From the NCBI GenBank assembly GCA_963716175.1, contig OY970296.1, positions 2,144,001 through 2,208,000 on the forward strand: DNA of 64,000 bases, in the 5' to 3' direction. The DNA is from an uncultured Armatimonadetes bacterium. Its GTDB lineage: Bacteria > Armatimonadota > Hebobacteria > Hebobacterales > Hebobacteraceae. The position numbers were made by a program, and so were the translations under genes. Shown piece by piece: positions 9,139-18,831 of the stretch; the stretch's first letter is position 1, and each line of letters opens with the position of its first letter. Below the pieces are notes generated by a model, which was given only the letters and a program-made list of their open reading frames with translations, did no database searches and was not told where the DNA came from.

Positions 9139-10206
9139 GTGATGCCGAGCGAGATGTCGCCCCGAGAGCGGGTGCTCACCGCCATGCGCCGACGGCGGCC
9201 CGACCGCATCCCGAAGACTCTCTCTTTCACCCCGGCCCTGGAGGAGGAGTTTCGGCGCCGGGCCGGCGCGGAGAGCCCGGAGGAGTACTTCCGTCTGGAG
9301 CCCCGAGGGGTCGGCATCGCGGCGACCCGCAATCCCCGTGACTTCTCCGCCTACCTGCGCGATGTCCCGGACCTGGAGAGCAGAGATGAATGGGGGATCG
9401 GCTACATCTCGGCCGGCTTCTACCACTTCTGGAGGATGGCCCCACCACTGGCGAATGCTCGCACCCCCAGCGACATCGCCGCCTATCCCTGGCCCGATGT
9501 GCTTGCCCCCTACCGCTGGCGGCAGGTGCCTGGCGCGGTGCACTCCTGGCAGTACCGGGGCTTCGCGGTGTGCGCGGGGCCGCCCTGCCAGCTCTTTGAG
9601 ACCTCCTGGTATCTTCGGGGGCAGGAGCAGTTGCTGATTGACTTCTTCGATGACCCGGACATCGCCGTCGCCATTCTCGACACCATCAACAACGTCATTA
9701 TCGAATCCGCCCGCCGCCTGGCCAGCATCGGCATTGACGTGCTGATGCTGGGAGATGACGTCGGGTCGCAGCGGGCCATGCTGATGAGCCCAGGCACCTG
9801 GCGCGAATGGATTAGGCCACGCCTCGCGGCCAGCATCTCCGCGGCCAAGCGGATCAAGCCCGATCTGCTGGTCTACTACCACACCGACGGCAATGTGGAG
9901 CCCATCATTCCCGACCTGATCGAGGCCGGCATTGATATCCTGAATCCGGTGCAGCCCGAGTGCATGGATCCCGCTGATATCAAGCGCCGCTACGGCGACC
10001 GGCTCGCTTTCTGGGGCACGATCGGCACTCAGACCACCATGCCGTTCGGCACGCCGGAGGAGGTGCGCCGCGTGGTGAAAGAGAGGATCGAGACCGTGGG
10101 GCCCGAGGGCCTGCTGCTCGCGCCCACGCACGTGCTGGAGCCGGAGGTGCCCTGGGAGAATATCGTGGCCTTCGTCGAGGCGGTAGAGGAGTACGGCCTT
10201 CTGTAG
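9139..10206 (+). CDS. Uroporphyrinogen decarboxylase / MtaA-CmuA family protein
   Basis: MSPRERV, DEWG, LRG.E, GDDVG.Q, YHTDG, LNPVQPE, FWG.I.TQ, APTH. Confidence 0.85.
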   Translation: MMPSEMSPRERVLTAMRRRRPDRIPKTLSFTPALEEEFRRRAGAESPEEYFRLEPRGVGIAATRNPRDFSAYLRDVPDLESRDEWGIGYISAGFYHFWRMAPPLANARTPSDIAAYPWPDVLAPYRWRQVPGAVHSWQYRGFAVCAGPPCQLFETSWYLRGQEQLLIDFFDDPDIAVAILDTINNVIIESARRLASIGIDVLMLGDDVGSQRAMLMSPGTWREWIRPRLAASISAAKRIKPDLLVYYHTDGNVEPIIPDLIEAGIDILNPVQPECMDPADIKRRYGDRLAFWGTIGTQTTMPFGTPEEVRRVVKERIETVGPEGLLLAPTHVLEPEVPWENIVAFVEAVEEYGLL

Positions 10207-10347
10207 GGCGGCCATGCGCAGGTCGCCCCAGGCGACCAAGCATCGCCGCCGGCCACTGATGTCGGCACTCAGCGGTGGGGCGCCGCAGTCTACCTGAACC
10301 CAGGTCAAGGGCGGCCTACCCATGTCGGCAAAACAAGGAGAGATCAC

Positions 10348-12591
10348 GTGAGAACCCGCGCTCCCCGCGTCGAGATTCGCAAGATCAACGGCATCCCCCG
10401 GCTCTACGTCAACGGCGAGGCCGTGCCCGCGATCACCTACCGCAACCGCATCCACGATGACTTCGCCTACATGAAGCGGTTCGCGGACTCAGGCCACCGC
10501 ATCTTCTTCATGACCCACCTGCGTCGCTGGGATCAGCCGGAGTCCGAGTACTGGCGAGTAGTGGACGAGAAGGTGCGCACCATCCTGGGCTTCAATGACG
10601 ACATCTACCTCATCCTCGGCATGTACCTCGCGGTGGGGCCCGAGTGGGCGCAGGCGCACCCCGGCGATGTGGCCCATGACCGGAACGGCCCGCTGCCGCC
10701 CAGCAGCGATCGCAACCATGGCGGGATCGTCACCATCCCGTACTCACTCTTCTCCAAGGAGTTCGAGAAGGAGGGAGTGCGCCAGGTGCGAGCCCACACC
10801 CGGTTCGTGCGGCAGCATCCCCTGGGCCATCGCATCATCGGGTTCTTCATCGAGGCGGGCGCGGCGCAGGAGTGGATTCCGTTCAGCCGCGAGGACCAGA
10901 TGGACTATGCGCCCGTGGTGACGACGCGCTTCCGCGAGTGGCTGCACCGCAAGTATCAGACCGACGCCCGACTGCGTGGCGCCTGGCGGCAGGACCGCGT
11001 CACTCTCGACACTGCCACTCCCCCCACCCAGGCGGAGCAGACCAGGCCCACCCGCGGCGACTTCTTCGATCCTTCCCTGGGCCGGCGAGAGATTGACTTC
11101 CAGCAGTGCTACATGGAGAACATCGGCGACCGCATCCGTGCTGTCTGCAGGGCGGCCGAGCAGGGCGGTGAGGGCCGGCTGGTGGGGATCTTCCACGAGC
11201 CCCCCATGGAGGTGGGTTCACACGACCACGAGTGGCAGCGGGTGATGGAGGACCCCAACATTGACTTCTACGCCGGCCCCACTTGCTATGAATCGCGCAA
11301 GGCCGGGATGCCGACACCAGTACATCACCTGGTGGACTCGCTGCGCCTGTTGAACAAGCTCTTCTTCACCGAAGAGGACACTCGCCCTCACACCGTGGGC
11401 AAGATCACCGGCGCGCACTCTCACGCGTACACCCGCCAGGAGTCGCGAGACACCATCTCTCGCACCATCCTGCACTGTTTCGCCAAAGGGGTGCTCGGCT
11501 GGTACTGGGATTTCCAGTACCGCTGGTTCACCGAGCCCTGGTTCTTCCACATGTTCGAGGAGCTTCAGCAGATCGGCGTTGCAGTGCAGCAGGCGCGTCC
11601 CCGCTCCGCCGCCGAAGTCGCGGTGTTCGTGGACGAGGGCTCGATCCCGTACACCCGGGCAGACAACACCCTCCTGGGCAGCCTCGGCCACCGCCTGTTG
11701 ATCCACGAGATCAACCGCATCAGCTGCCCACACGACATCTATCTCTTCGACCACGTGCGCCGGTCCGACCTGCCCGGCTACAAGCTGTATATCTTCCTCA
11801 ACGCGGTGCGGGTCACCGACTCTCAGCGCCGCGCGGTGAAGCGCCTGCGCCGGGATGGGCATGTGCTCTTCTTCCCTCACGCCTCCGGGTTCATCAACGA
11901 CAACGCCCGCGTCTCCGCCTCAGTGGACAACATGGCGGATCTGATCGGGATGGACTTCAAGGAGTTCGCAGTCCGTCAGCCGGCCGCGGTGATCACCTCC
12001 GACCGCAATCATCCGCTCGTGAACGCGCTGCCCGTGGGGCATATCTTCGGGCACTTCCCGCGCTATCTGCGCTCCTCGCGCGGCACCGATGAGAACCCAC
12101 TCTTCCCGCCGGTCATCCCGGTCTCGCCGATCTTCTGCGTGGATGACGCGGAGGCGATCTCGCTGGGGTATTACGCCCTCGATGACCTGCCGGCGCCCAC
12201 TGCCAGCAGCCGCCGCAAGCCCAAGCCGCCCAGCCATGACGACCACCGCTACATCGGATTCGCGGCCAAGCAGGGGAAGGATTGGGCCAGCGTCTATGCC
12301 GGAGTGATCGGGATGACCTCGGAGTTCCTGCGGGGCCTGGCCCGGTACGCCGGCGCCCACATCTACCTCGATACGGATGACACGTTCTACGCCAATGATC
12401 GGCTGCTGGTCTTGCACACCAACTGGCGGCCGGGAGCAACGCGCACCATCCGTCTGCCGCGCCGCAGCAATGTCTACGACTTGCTGGCGGGAGGTAAGCT
12501 GATCGGCAAGGGGGTTCGCGAATTCACTGCGGCTGTGAAGCCGAAGAGGACGTATGCGTTCTTCCTGGGAGATCAGTCGCCCCGGGTGTAG
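10348..12591 (+). CDS. Putative glycoside hydrolase (GH42/beta-galactosidase-like TIM barrel plus trimerisation-like domain)
   Basis: GIPRLYVNG, EW, FREWL..KY, L..AW, EEDTR, A.VAVFVDE, YKLYIFLNA; 747 aa. Confidence 0.6.
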   Translation: MRTRAPRVEIRKINGIPRLYVNGEAVPAITYRNRIHDDFAYMKRFADSGHRIFFMTHLRRWDQPESEYWRVVDEKVRTILGFNDDIYLILGMYLAVGPEWAQAHPGDVAHDRNGPLPPSSDRNHGGIVTIPYSLFSKEFEKEGVRQVRAHTRFVRQHPLGHRIIGFFIEAGAAQEWIPFSREDQMDYAPVVTTRFREWLHRKYQTDARLRGAWRQDRVTLDTATPPTQAEQTRPTRGDFFDPSLGRREIDFQQCYMENIGDRIRAVCRAAEQGGEGRLVGIFHEPPMEVGSHDHEWQRVMEDPNIDFYAGPTCYESRKAGMPTPVHHLVDSLRLLNKLFFTEEDTRPHTVGKITGAHSHAYTRQESRDTISRTILHCFAKGVLGWYWDFQYRWFTEPWFFHMFEELQQIGVAVQQARPRSAAEVAVFVDEGSIPYTRADNTLLGSLGHRLLIHEINRISCPHDIYLFDHVRRSDLPGYKLYIFLNAVRVTDSQRRAVKRLRRDGHVLFFPHASGFINDNARVSASVDNMADLIGMDFKEFAVRQPAAVITSDRNHPLVNALPVGHIFGHFPRYLRSSRGTDENPLFPPVIPVSPIFCVDDAEAISLGYYALDDLPAPTASSRRKPKPPSHDDHRYIGFAAKQGKDWASVYAGVIGMTSEFLRGLARYAGAHIYLDTDDTFYANDRLLVLHTNWRPGATRTIRLPRRSNVYDLLAGGKLIGKGVREFTAAVKPKRTYAFFLGDQSPRV

Positions 12592-12594
12592 GTC

Positions 12595-13359
12595 CTACCC
12601 GAACGCCAGATAGAGCGCCGCAAACGCTCTTTTCACCGCCAGGGCGAGAGGCCCGATGTTCCCATAGTCACGGGCCCCGGTTGCCTTCTCCAGATTCGCG
12701 ACCGCCTGTGTCTCGCTCGCCATCATCTCGCCTAACTGCTTCCGTCTCTCCGTCGAGCGCGGGGCGAAACCAAACTCCTGCACCTTCTGCCAGGCATGGG
12801 TGAGATTGGCGACCTCTGCCGCCAACTCGCCGATGCCGCGCTCGGTCACACCCGCGGTGGCGAGCTGCACCACCGGCTCCATCGCATCGTGAAACCTGGC
12901 CAGCTCGTCCCCGAACCAGGGGACGCCATTGCGCTGACGGATCTCCAACCAGATGTGCCGGACAGGCTCCAGCGCGCCGTGCGCCTGCTGCAGCTTGCCG
13001 GCGCCAAGCTGCAGGTCGGCGATCTCGATGTATCCCGTGATCGTCGCCAGGTCGGCCTGCCATCGGCTGTCCTTGGCGAACTGCTCTGGCGGGGCGTCAT
13101 AGTAACGCGCGAGCAGCATCTCCCAGGCGATGCGCGTCCCGGTCAACTCTCTGGCCGCGCGCTCTTTGTTGCCCTCCGAAGTGGCGAAAAGCGCCTGCTT
13201 GTAGTTGTCATTGAATGCTTCATAGAGGGTGGAGAAGGCGGGGGCGTTGGGGTTGAAGCGGCCGTCGGCCGAAAACGCCGATCGAACAGAGACGACGAAG
13301 CAGAGGGTCAGCGGTAGCGCGAGCGAGACACATACCCGTCTGATGCTGGAGCTAACCAT
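12595..13359 (-). CDS. Secreted all-alpha hypothetical protein
   Basis: SD-like GGAAGGGAAG upstream of ATG 13359; signal-peptide-like N-terminus; AH.ALE.VR and FH.AME motifs. Confidence 0.65.
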   Translation of the reverse strand: MVSSSIRRVCVSLALPLTLCFVVSVRSAFSADGRFNPNAPAFSTLYEAFNDNYKQALFATSEGNKERAARELTGTRIAWEMLLARYYDAPPEQFAKDSRWQADLATITGYIEIADLQLGAGKLQQAHGALEPVRHIWLEIRQRNGVPWFGDELARFHDAMEPVVQLATAGVTERGIGELAAEVANLTHAWQKVQEFGFAPRSTERRKQLGEMMASETQAVANLEKATGARDYGNIGPLALAVKRAFAALYLAFG

Positions 13360-13385
13360 AACAGTCACTTCCCTTCCGGTTTGGC

Positions 13386-13467
13386 GTTTCGGGATTCCCG
13401 GTGTTTCGGGATTTCTAATCCCGAAACCCATGGCTTCTTGTTGTCTCGGGATTTCCAATCCCGAGAC
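13386..13467. repeat. REP-like 25-bp palindromes (half copy plus two tandem copies) 3' of the RAYT gene
   Basis: GTTTCGGGATT-TCT-AATCCCGAAAC at 13403-13427; GTCTCGGGATT-TCC-AATCCCGAGAC at 13443-13467; half copy at 13386. Confidence 0.85.
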
Positions 13468-13474
13468 CCGTTGC

Positions 13475-14008
13475 TCACGACACCATGGGAACGACCTCAA
13501 AGATGGTTGGTTCCCCGCAGTAGTAGAACCGGAAGCTCGAATACTCCCACTGATTGGCAGTATCAACCAACCCCCTTCGTATGGGATTGGAGTGGATGTA
13601 GTCCATCATTACCGAGAGCTTCCTGTCGCTCCAAACGGCAAGGGCGCGGACCTGCTCCTTCCACACGGCATAGCGACATCCGCGGTTCGCGTGCCTGGCC
13701 ATTGCCGCAAGGGTTGCGGCATCTCCCTGCGTTCGTAGGAGGTCCACGAGCTTACGCGCCGAGCGGCCGCGCCACAGCTTGTAGTAGCGGTGCAGCAACC
13801 CCTCCTTGGGGAGATAAACGAGCAGATGTAGGTGCTCCGGCATCAGGACGAAGGCGGCGATGGACGCCTCGCACTCGGCAGTAGCTCTCGTGATCTCATC
13901 GCACACAATCGCTCGCACATCACGCCGCCCGAGCAGAGGCAGCCACTCCGCGAACGTGGCCGTGATGTAGTAGTAGCCCGGCCCGATGTCGATGTTCTTC
14001 CATTTCAT
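13475..14008 (-). mobile_element. REP-associated tyrosine transposase (RAYT/TnpA-REP, HUH Y1)
   Basis: YYYITAT, FVLMPEHLH (HUH), VW, YIHSNP.RRGL (catalytic Tyr), WEYSS; no tnpB adjacent. Confidence 0.9.
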
Positions 14009-14064
14009 GCTTCGGTATTGGTCTGCAGGCCATCGGATTCCTGCAGGCCGCGGAGGTAGATCGG

Positions 14065-14269
14065 GTTTCGGGATTGGAAATCCCGAAACACCGAGAACCG
14101 GGCGGCCGCGTGGCTCCCGCCTATCTCTTCCTCCCGCGCAACGCCACAGGGTGCTGTTCGTAGGGGCGGGGCTCTGCCCCCGCCCGCAGACGGCAGGAGC
14201 CCGCAGACTCGTGCTGCGTGGCGAGGCCACTTCGCCACTTTGGTGTTTCGGGATTTCCAATCCCGAAAC
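14065..14269. repeat. Two more copies of the 25-bp palindrome in opposite orientations, with a GTAG-type REP between them
   Basis: 14065-14089 (loop GGA, minus-strand copy); 14245-14269 (loop TCC); GTAGGGGCGGGGCTCTGCCCCCGCCC at 14160-14185. Confidence 0.85.
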
Positions 14270-14277
14270 CAGCCCCC

Positions 14278-15186
14278 CTACCCCTTCATCCCACTCAACG
14301 CGATCCCCCGCGTGAAGTACCTCTGCCCGGCCAGGAAGATGATCAGCACCGGGATGGTGACCACCACGGTGCCGGCCATGAGCAGGTCCCAGCGGGTGGT
14401 GTACTGGGTCTGGAAGACCTGGAGGCCGACCTGGAGGGTTTTCATGGAGTCCTTGCTCATGATCAGCATGGGCCAGAGGAACTCGTTCCAGGCCGCGGTG
14501 AAGGTGAAGATGCCCAGGGTGGCGAGCGCAGGCCCGGAGAGCGGCAGGATGATGCGCCAGTAGATGCCGGCCTCAGAGCAGCCGTCAATGCGGGCCGCGT
14601 CCTCCAGCTCGCGGGGCAGGGTCATGAAGAACTGCCGCAGCAGGAAGATGCCGAAGGCGCCTACGGCTCCAGGAAGGACGAGGCCGGTGTAGCTGTTCAG
14701 CAATCCGTGCCCGCCGATCCCGAGCCAGTCATTGCCGCCCACCAGGGGCCAGCGCTTGAGCAGGATGAAGACGGGAACCATGGTCACCTGGCCCGGCACC
14801 ATCATGGTCCCGAGGGTGAGGATGAAAAGCAGGTTGCGCCCGCGAAAGCGCAGTCGGGCGAAGGCATAGGCCGCCATCGAGCACAGCAGCAGGTTCGAGA
14901 AGGTGATAACCACCGCGTAGATGACAGTGTTGAGGGAGTAACGGCCGAAGTCGGCGGCCTGCATCGCCTCGCGGTAGTTCGCCCATCTCCAGGTGTGCGG
15001 GATCCAGACCGGCGGGAACCGGAAGATCTCCGACTCCGGCTTCAGCGAGGTAGAGAGCATCCACAGGAACGGCAGGATCATGGTGACCGCGCCGGCCGCG
15101 AGGAGGAGATGGAGGAAGGTGGATTTGGCGACGCCAGGTCTCAAGGTAACCTCCGCGCCAGCGGCGGGCATGCCAACTGCAGGCAT
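14278..15186 (-). CDS. Carbohydrate ABC transporter permease (MalG/UgpE type)
   Basis: PFLWML.TSLK, ELEDAARIDG (EAA motif), WNEFLWP. Confidence 0.92.
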   Translation of the reverse strand: MPAVGMPAAGAEVTLRPGVAKSTFLHLLLAAGAVTMILPFLWMLSTSLKPESEIFRFPPVWIPHTWRWANYREAMQAADFGRYSLNTVIYAVVITFSNLLLCSMAAYAFARLRFRGRNLLFILTLGTMMVPGQVTMVPVFILLKRWPLVGGNDWLGIGGHGLLNSYTGLVLPGAVGAFGIFLLRQFFMTLPRELEDAARIDGCSEAGIYWRIILPLSGPALATLGIFTFTAAWNEFLWPMLIMSKDSMKTLQVGLQVFQTQYTTRWDLLMAGTVVVTIPVLIIFLAGQRYFTRGIALSGMKG

Positions 15187-15289
15187 ACCCGACCTACATC
15201 GCGGTGGCAGGAGCTTGCCCGCCGGCCGTGACGCCTTCTCCGTTCATCTCTGCCATCTGCGTAATCTGTGGATGCCTTTGCAGTTGCCG

Positions 15290-16222
15290 TCATGCGTACT
15301 CGACCTCGCCGCCCCGGAGCAGGCGCAGGTTGATCAGCGACAGCACGAAGATGATGGCGAAGAGCACGAAGGCCATGGCCGAGGCATAGCCCATCTTCAT
15401 GAAGCTGAACGCGTTCTGGAAGATCTGATGGACGATGGTGGTGGTGGCGTTGTTGGGGCCGCCATTGGTCATCACGTACACCTGGGCGAAGACCTGCGAG
15501 GCACCGATCACTGAGACCACGAAGATGAAGGCGGTGGTGGGCTTGAGCAGCGGCCAGGTGATGGCCCGAAAGCGCTGCCAGGGAGTAGCGCCGTCAATCA
15601 GGGCGGCCTCGTAGAGGTGGCCGGGGATGCCTTGCAGGCCTGCCAGATAGATCACCATGTTGTAGCCCAGGCCCCGCCAGATGGACATCACCACGATCGC
15701 CGCCATCGCCTGGTCTGGGTTGGCGAGCCAGGTTTGCGGGAGGATCGTCAGGTGCCGGCCGGTGAGCGCGCTGGCGGCGCGCGAGATCAGCTCCAGGCCG
15801 TAGTTGAGCAGGCCGTAGTTTGGGTCGTAGAGCCACATCCAGACCATGGAGATCGCCACCAAGCTGGTGACCACAGGCAGGTAGTAGCTAGTGCGGTAGA
15901 GGCTGATACCCCTGAGACCGGCATTGACCAGCAGGGCCAGCGCCAGGGCGAGGCCCATCCCCACAGGGATGGTGCCAAGGGCGTACTGGGCGGTGTTCCG
16001 GAGGGAGAGATAGAAGACGCCGCGATCAGCCAGATCCTTGCCGATGCGGGTGTAGTTGGCGGCGCCGATCCACGCCGGGGAATGGATGATGTCGTAACGG
16101 CAGAACGAGAGGTAGCAGGCTGCGATAACGGGGACGAGCACGAAGAGAAAGAACAGCGCCAGCCCGGGGGCCAGGAAGAGGTAGGCGGTGCGCTCCTCGC
16201 GGCGCGCGGCGCTAGCGGCCAC
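15290..16222 (-). CDS. Carbohydrate ABC transporter permease (MalF/UgpA type)
   Basis: LYEAALIDGA, ITWPLLKP, MTNGGP, GYASA. Confidence 0.92.
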   Translation of the reverse strand: MAASAARREERTAYLFLAPGLALFFLFVLVPVIAACYLSFCRYDIIHSPAWIGAANYTRIGKDLADRGVFYLSLRNTAQYALGTIPVGMGLALALALLVNAGLRGISLYRTSYYLPVVTSLVAISMVWMWLYDPNYGLLNYGLELISRAASALTGRHLTILPQTWLANPDQAMAAIVVMSIWRGLGYNMVIYLAGLQGIPGHLYEAALIDGATPWQRFRAITWPLLKPTTAFIFVVSVIGASQVFAQVYVMTNGGPNNATTTIVHQIFQNAFSFMKMGYASAMAFVLFAIIFVLSLINLRLLRGGEVEYA

Positions 16223-17496
16223 TTTCTCCCACCCTTTCCGCCAACAACTGATCCAGGTCGCGGGAGTAGTCGGCGAGGGCCTGGGCCGGGGTCTTGGTCT
16301 GGTAGATGGCGGCCGAGACTGCGGACTGGAGGCCGGTGCGGATCTCGAACCACTCGGGTATCGCGGGCAGGGAGCGCCCGTACTGATCCATGAGAGCGAC
16401 GAACTCCCGAAGGTGCGGGTTCCGGCGCATGAACTCGGCCGTCTGCACGGCGGAGCGCCGGGGCGGGATGAAGAAGAGGGTGGCGTTGTAGGCGGCCAGA
16501 TTCTCGGGCTCCATGAGGAATGTCATCAGCTCCCAGGCCAGGTCTTTATGCTGGCTCTGCGGGGACATCGCCAGCCAGTCGGTATAGACACTGATCACCC
16601 GCTGCTTTCGCTTGGGCGTCGGCGCCACGCCCACCTGCGGCAGCAGCTCGGGTGCGTACTTGGATACGGTGTAGATGCCGAACTGGTTCATGATCTCCAT
16701 CGCCGCCTTCTGGGAGGCGAAGACCGGGATGGAGCCGCCAATCTGGGGCATGCCGGAGGTGGGGCAGACACGGTACTTATGGTAGAGGTCAACGTAGAAC
16801 TGGAGGGCCTCGATCGCCTCCGGGCTGTTCAAACGGGAGCGCCGGCCGTCCTGGCTGAAGATCTCGCCCCCGTTCTCCCACAGGAACTCCACGAAGATCT
16901 GCCACGAAACAGGGAGATTCATCCCGGCGATCCTGGTGACCGGCCCGTCCCTGACGGTCATGCGCTGCGCGGCCTGGGCCAATTGCTCCCAGGTATCGGG
17001 CGGGCGCTGGACGCCGGCCGCCTTCAGCAGATCCCGGCGGTAGAGCAGCGCCCGCGGAGCGGAGAGATAAGGCAGACCGTAGACGTGGCCCTGGTAGACG
17101 CAAGTGCTCCAGGAGGCCGGGAAGTAGTCATCCTTCGCGGCCCATGACGCCAGGTAGTCGTCAAGTGGCCGCGCCATGCCGCGGTAGGCCAGGCCGCCGA
17201 CATACTCGGCCCCCACCTGGAAGATATCCGGCGCCACTCCTCCGGCGAAGCTGATGGTGAGCTTCTCGTCGAGATGGGTCCAGGAGAATGTACTGGGTGT
17301 TGACCTTCACACCAGGGTGGGAGGCCTCGAACTTAGGCAGCAGTTGCTTATCGAGCAGATCCTTCGTGGCTTGGTTGAAATCCGCAATCCACAGCTCCAG
17401 CTCGATCCCGCGGGACTGGCGGCCACAGTCGGACAAGAGCAGCGCGACCAGGCCTGCGCAGGCGACAGCCAGGAGACGGCGGGCATGCACAGACAT
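16212..17496 (-). CDS. Sugar ABC transporter substrate-binding lipoprotein, split by a +1 frameshift near 17287
   Basis: Lipoprotein-like signal LLLSDC in ORF 17161-17580; APDIF, YGLPY, PPDTWEQL in ORF 16212-17237; deleting one T gives QYISWTHLDEKLTISFAGGVAPD. Confidence 0.85.
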
Positions 17497-17503
17497 GCCC
17501 GCC

Positions 17504-18043
17504 CTACAGCAACGCCCAGTAAGACTTCGCATGGAACAGGCCGACCAGGGCACAAGTGACCAGCGCGTGGTAGTGCTCACGGTTCACCAGAACCTGATGA
17601 AACCGCCAGGAACGGCCCGACCCAGCCGCGCGGGGTGGCCGCGGCAGCAGCATGGGCACCTGGCGCGCATATTCAGCATGGGACTCCCCGAACTCCTCTC
17701 GCAGCCGCCTTTCCTCGCGCATGGTCTGAGCCGCGTAGAGCGCGATGAACGCGAGCAGAATGAGCAGCGAGGCCCACACCCTGCTCACCATGACAGAGAA
17801 GCCGACGGCAGCGATGAAGCTGCCCAGATAGAGAGGATGCCGCACCCAGCGATAGGGCCCATCGGTACAGAGGCCTCCCCCCTTCTCCAGCGCGCCGGCC
17901 GCCCATATCCGCATCGCCATGCCGGCCGCGACCAGGATCGTCCCTCCCAGGTTGGTGGCAGGACTTGGGCGGGCCAAGATCAGCGCCAGGAGGGCGAGCA
18001 GAAAGTGAAGGTGAATGCGCCTCAGTCGCCGCACTAGCCTCAC
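17504..18043 (-). CDS. ICMT/PEMT (Ste14-like) membrane methyltransferase
   Basis: RIWAAG, GPYRWVRHPLYLG, EE..L...FGE, Y...VP. Confidence 0.85.
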   Translation of the reverse strand: MRLVRRLRRIHLHFLLALLALILARPSPATNLGGTILVAAGMAMRIWAAGALEKGGGLCTDGPYRWVRHPLYLGSFIAAVGFSVMVSRVWASLLILLAFIALYAAQTMREERRLREEFGESHAEYARQVPMLLPRPPRAAGSGRSWRFHQVLVNREHYHALVTCALVGLFHAKSYWALL

Positions 18044-18049
18044 CGCCGG

Positions 18050-18658
18050 CTACCGCCACAACGGCCCAAACGCCGCCATGCGCAGCTTCAACAGCAGCAT
18101 CCCCGCGATCACCGCCCCCGCCACTCGCAGCTCATGATTCCGAAAAACGCAGGCCCACGACCACCGCGCCTGGGAGAAGCGCCGCCGGGGAGGCAGCGGC
18201 AGCCAGCGCCTCACCGCCGCACCATAGGCAGCGTACTCCTCCCCAAACAGGCGGCGCAGCCGCGCTTCTTCTCCCAACACGCGAGCCTGAGCATACACCG
18301 CGAAGACCACCACATACGGCACGATCAGGAACCAGCGCCAGGTGAAGAAGGCCAGACCCAGCCCGACGAGGAATCGGCCCAGATACATGGGGTTGCGGAC
18401 CCAGGCGTAGGGCCCCGACATCGCCACCTCCACGTTCTTGCGCAGATGGGCCGAAGCCCAAAGCTGGACGGCCTCACCCGAAAGCGCGAGCACCACGCCG
18501 GGCCACATGGGCTCGCGATCGGCGAAGAGAACAACGATCACCATCGGAGGCACGGCCAGGACGAAGCGGAGCCGGGTGGCCCAGGTCTGCACACGCACCA
18601 GCGCCGCCGAGGTCAGCCAGGTTGGTCGCTCTGGGCTGCCACTGGAATCGAGAGCCAT
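18050..18658 (-). CDS. ICMT/PEMT (Ste14-like) membrane methyltransferase, second paralog
   Basis: LWAS, GPYAWVRNPMYLG, EE.RL..LFGEEY..Y. Confidence 0.85.
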   Translation of the reverse strand: MALDSSGSPERPTWLTSAALVRVQTWATRLRFVLAVPPMVIVVLFADREPMWPGVVLALSGEAVQLWASAHLRKNVEVAMSGPYAWVRNPMYLGRFLVGLGLAFFTWRWFLIVPYVVVFAVYAQARVLGEEARLRRLFGEEYAAYGAAVRRWLPLPPRRRFSQARWSWACVFRNHELRVAGAVIAGMLLLKLRMAAFGPLWR

Positions 18659-18831
18659 CGCGGCGATTCTAGCTATCGGCCGCGACACTGTCAACAGGAT
18701 CGGAGAGAAGAGGCATTGGGCGACGCCACCACGAAGAATCGGCGCGAGCTGGCGGAGCGGCCGCCTCGAGACGACGAGAAGCGGCGGCGCGGAGGGAAGG
18801 TGCGCCTGCCAAAGACGCGCGAGATCGCGCC

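Noticed and set aside
13475-14008. IS200/IS605 element with TnpB or IscB
   Set aside because: No RuvC-type ORF adjacent; motifs fit the RAYT clade.
13386-14269. CRISPR array, because the repeats start GTTTC and end GAAAC
   Set aside because: Only 15 bp between the tandem copies, mixed orientations, a fully palindromic unit, no cas genes; they flank a RAYT gene.
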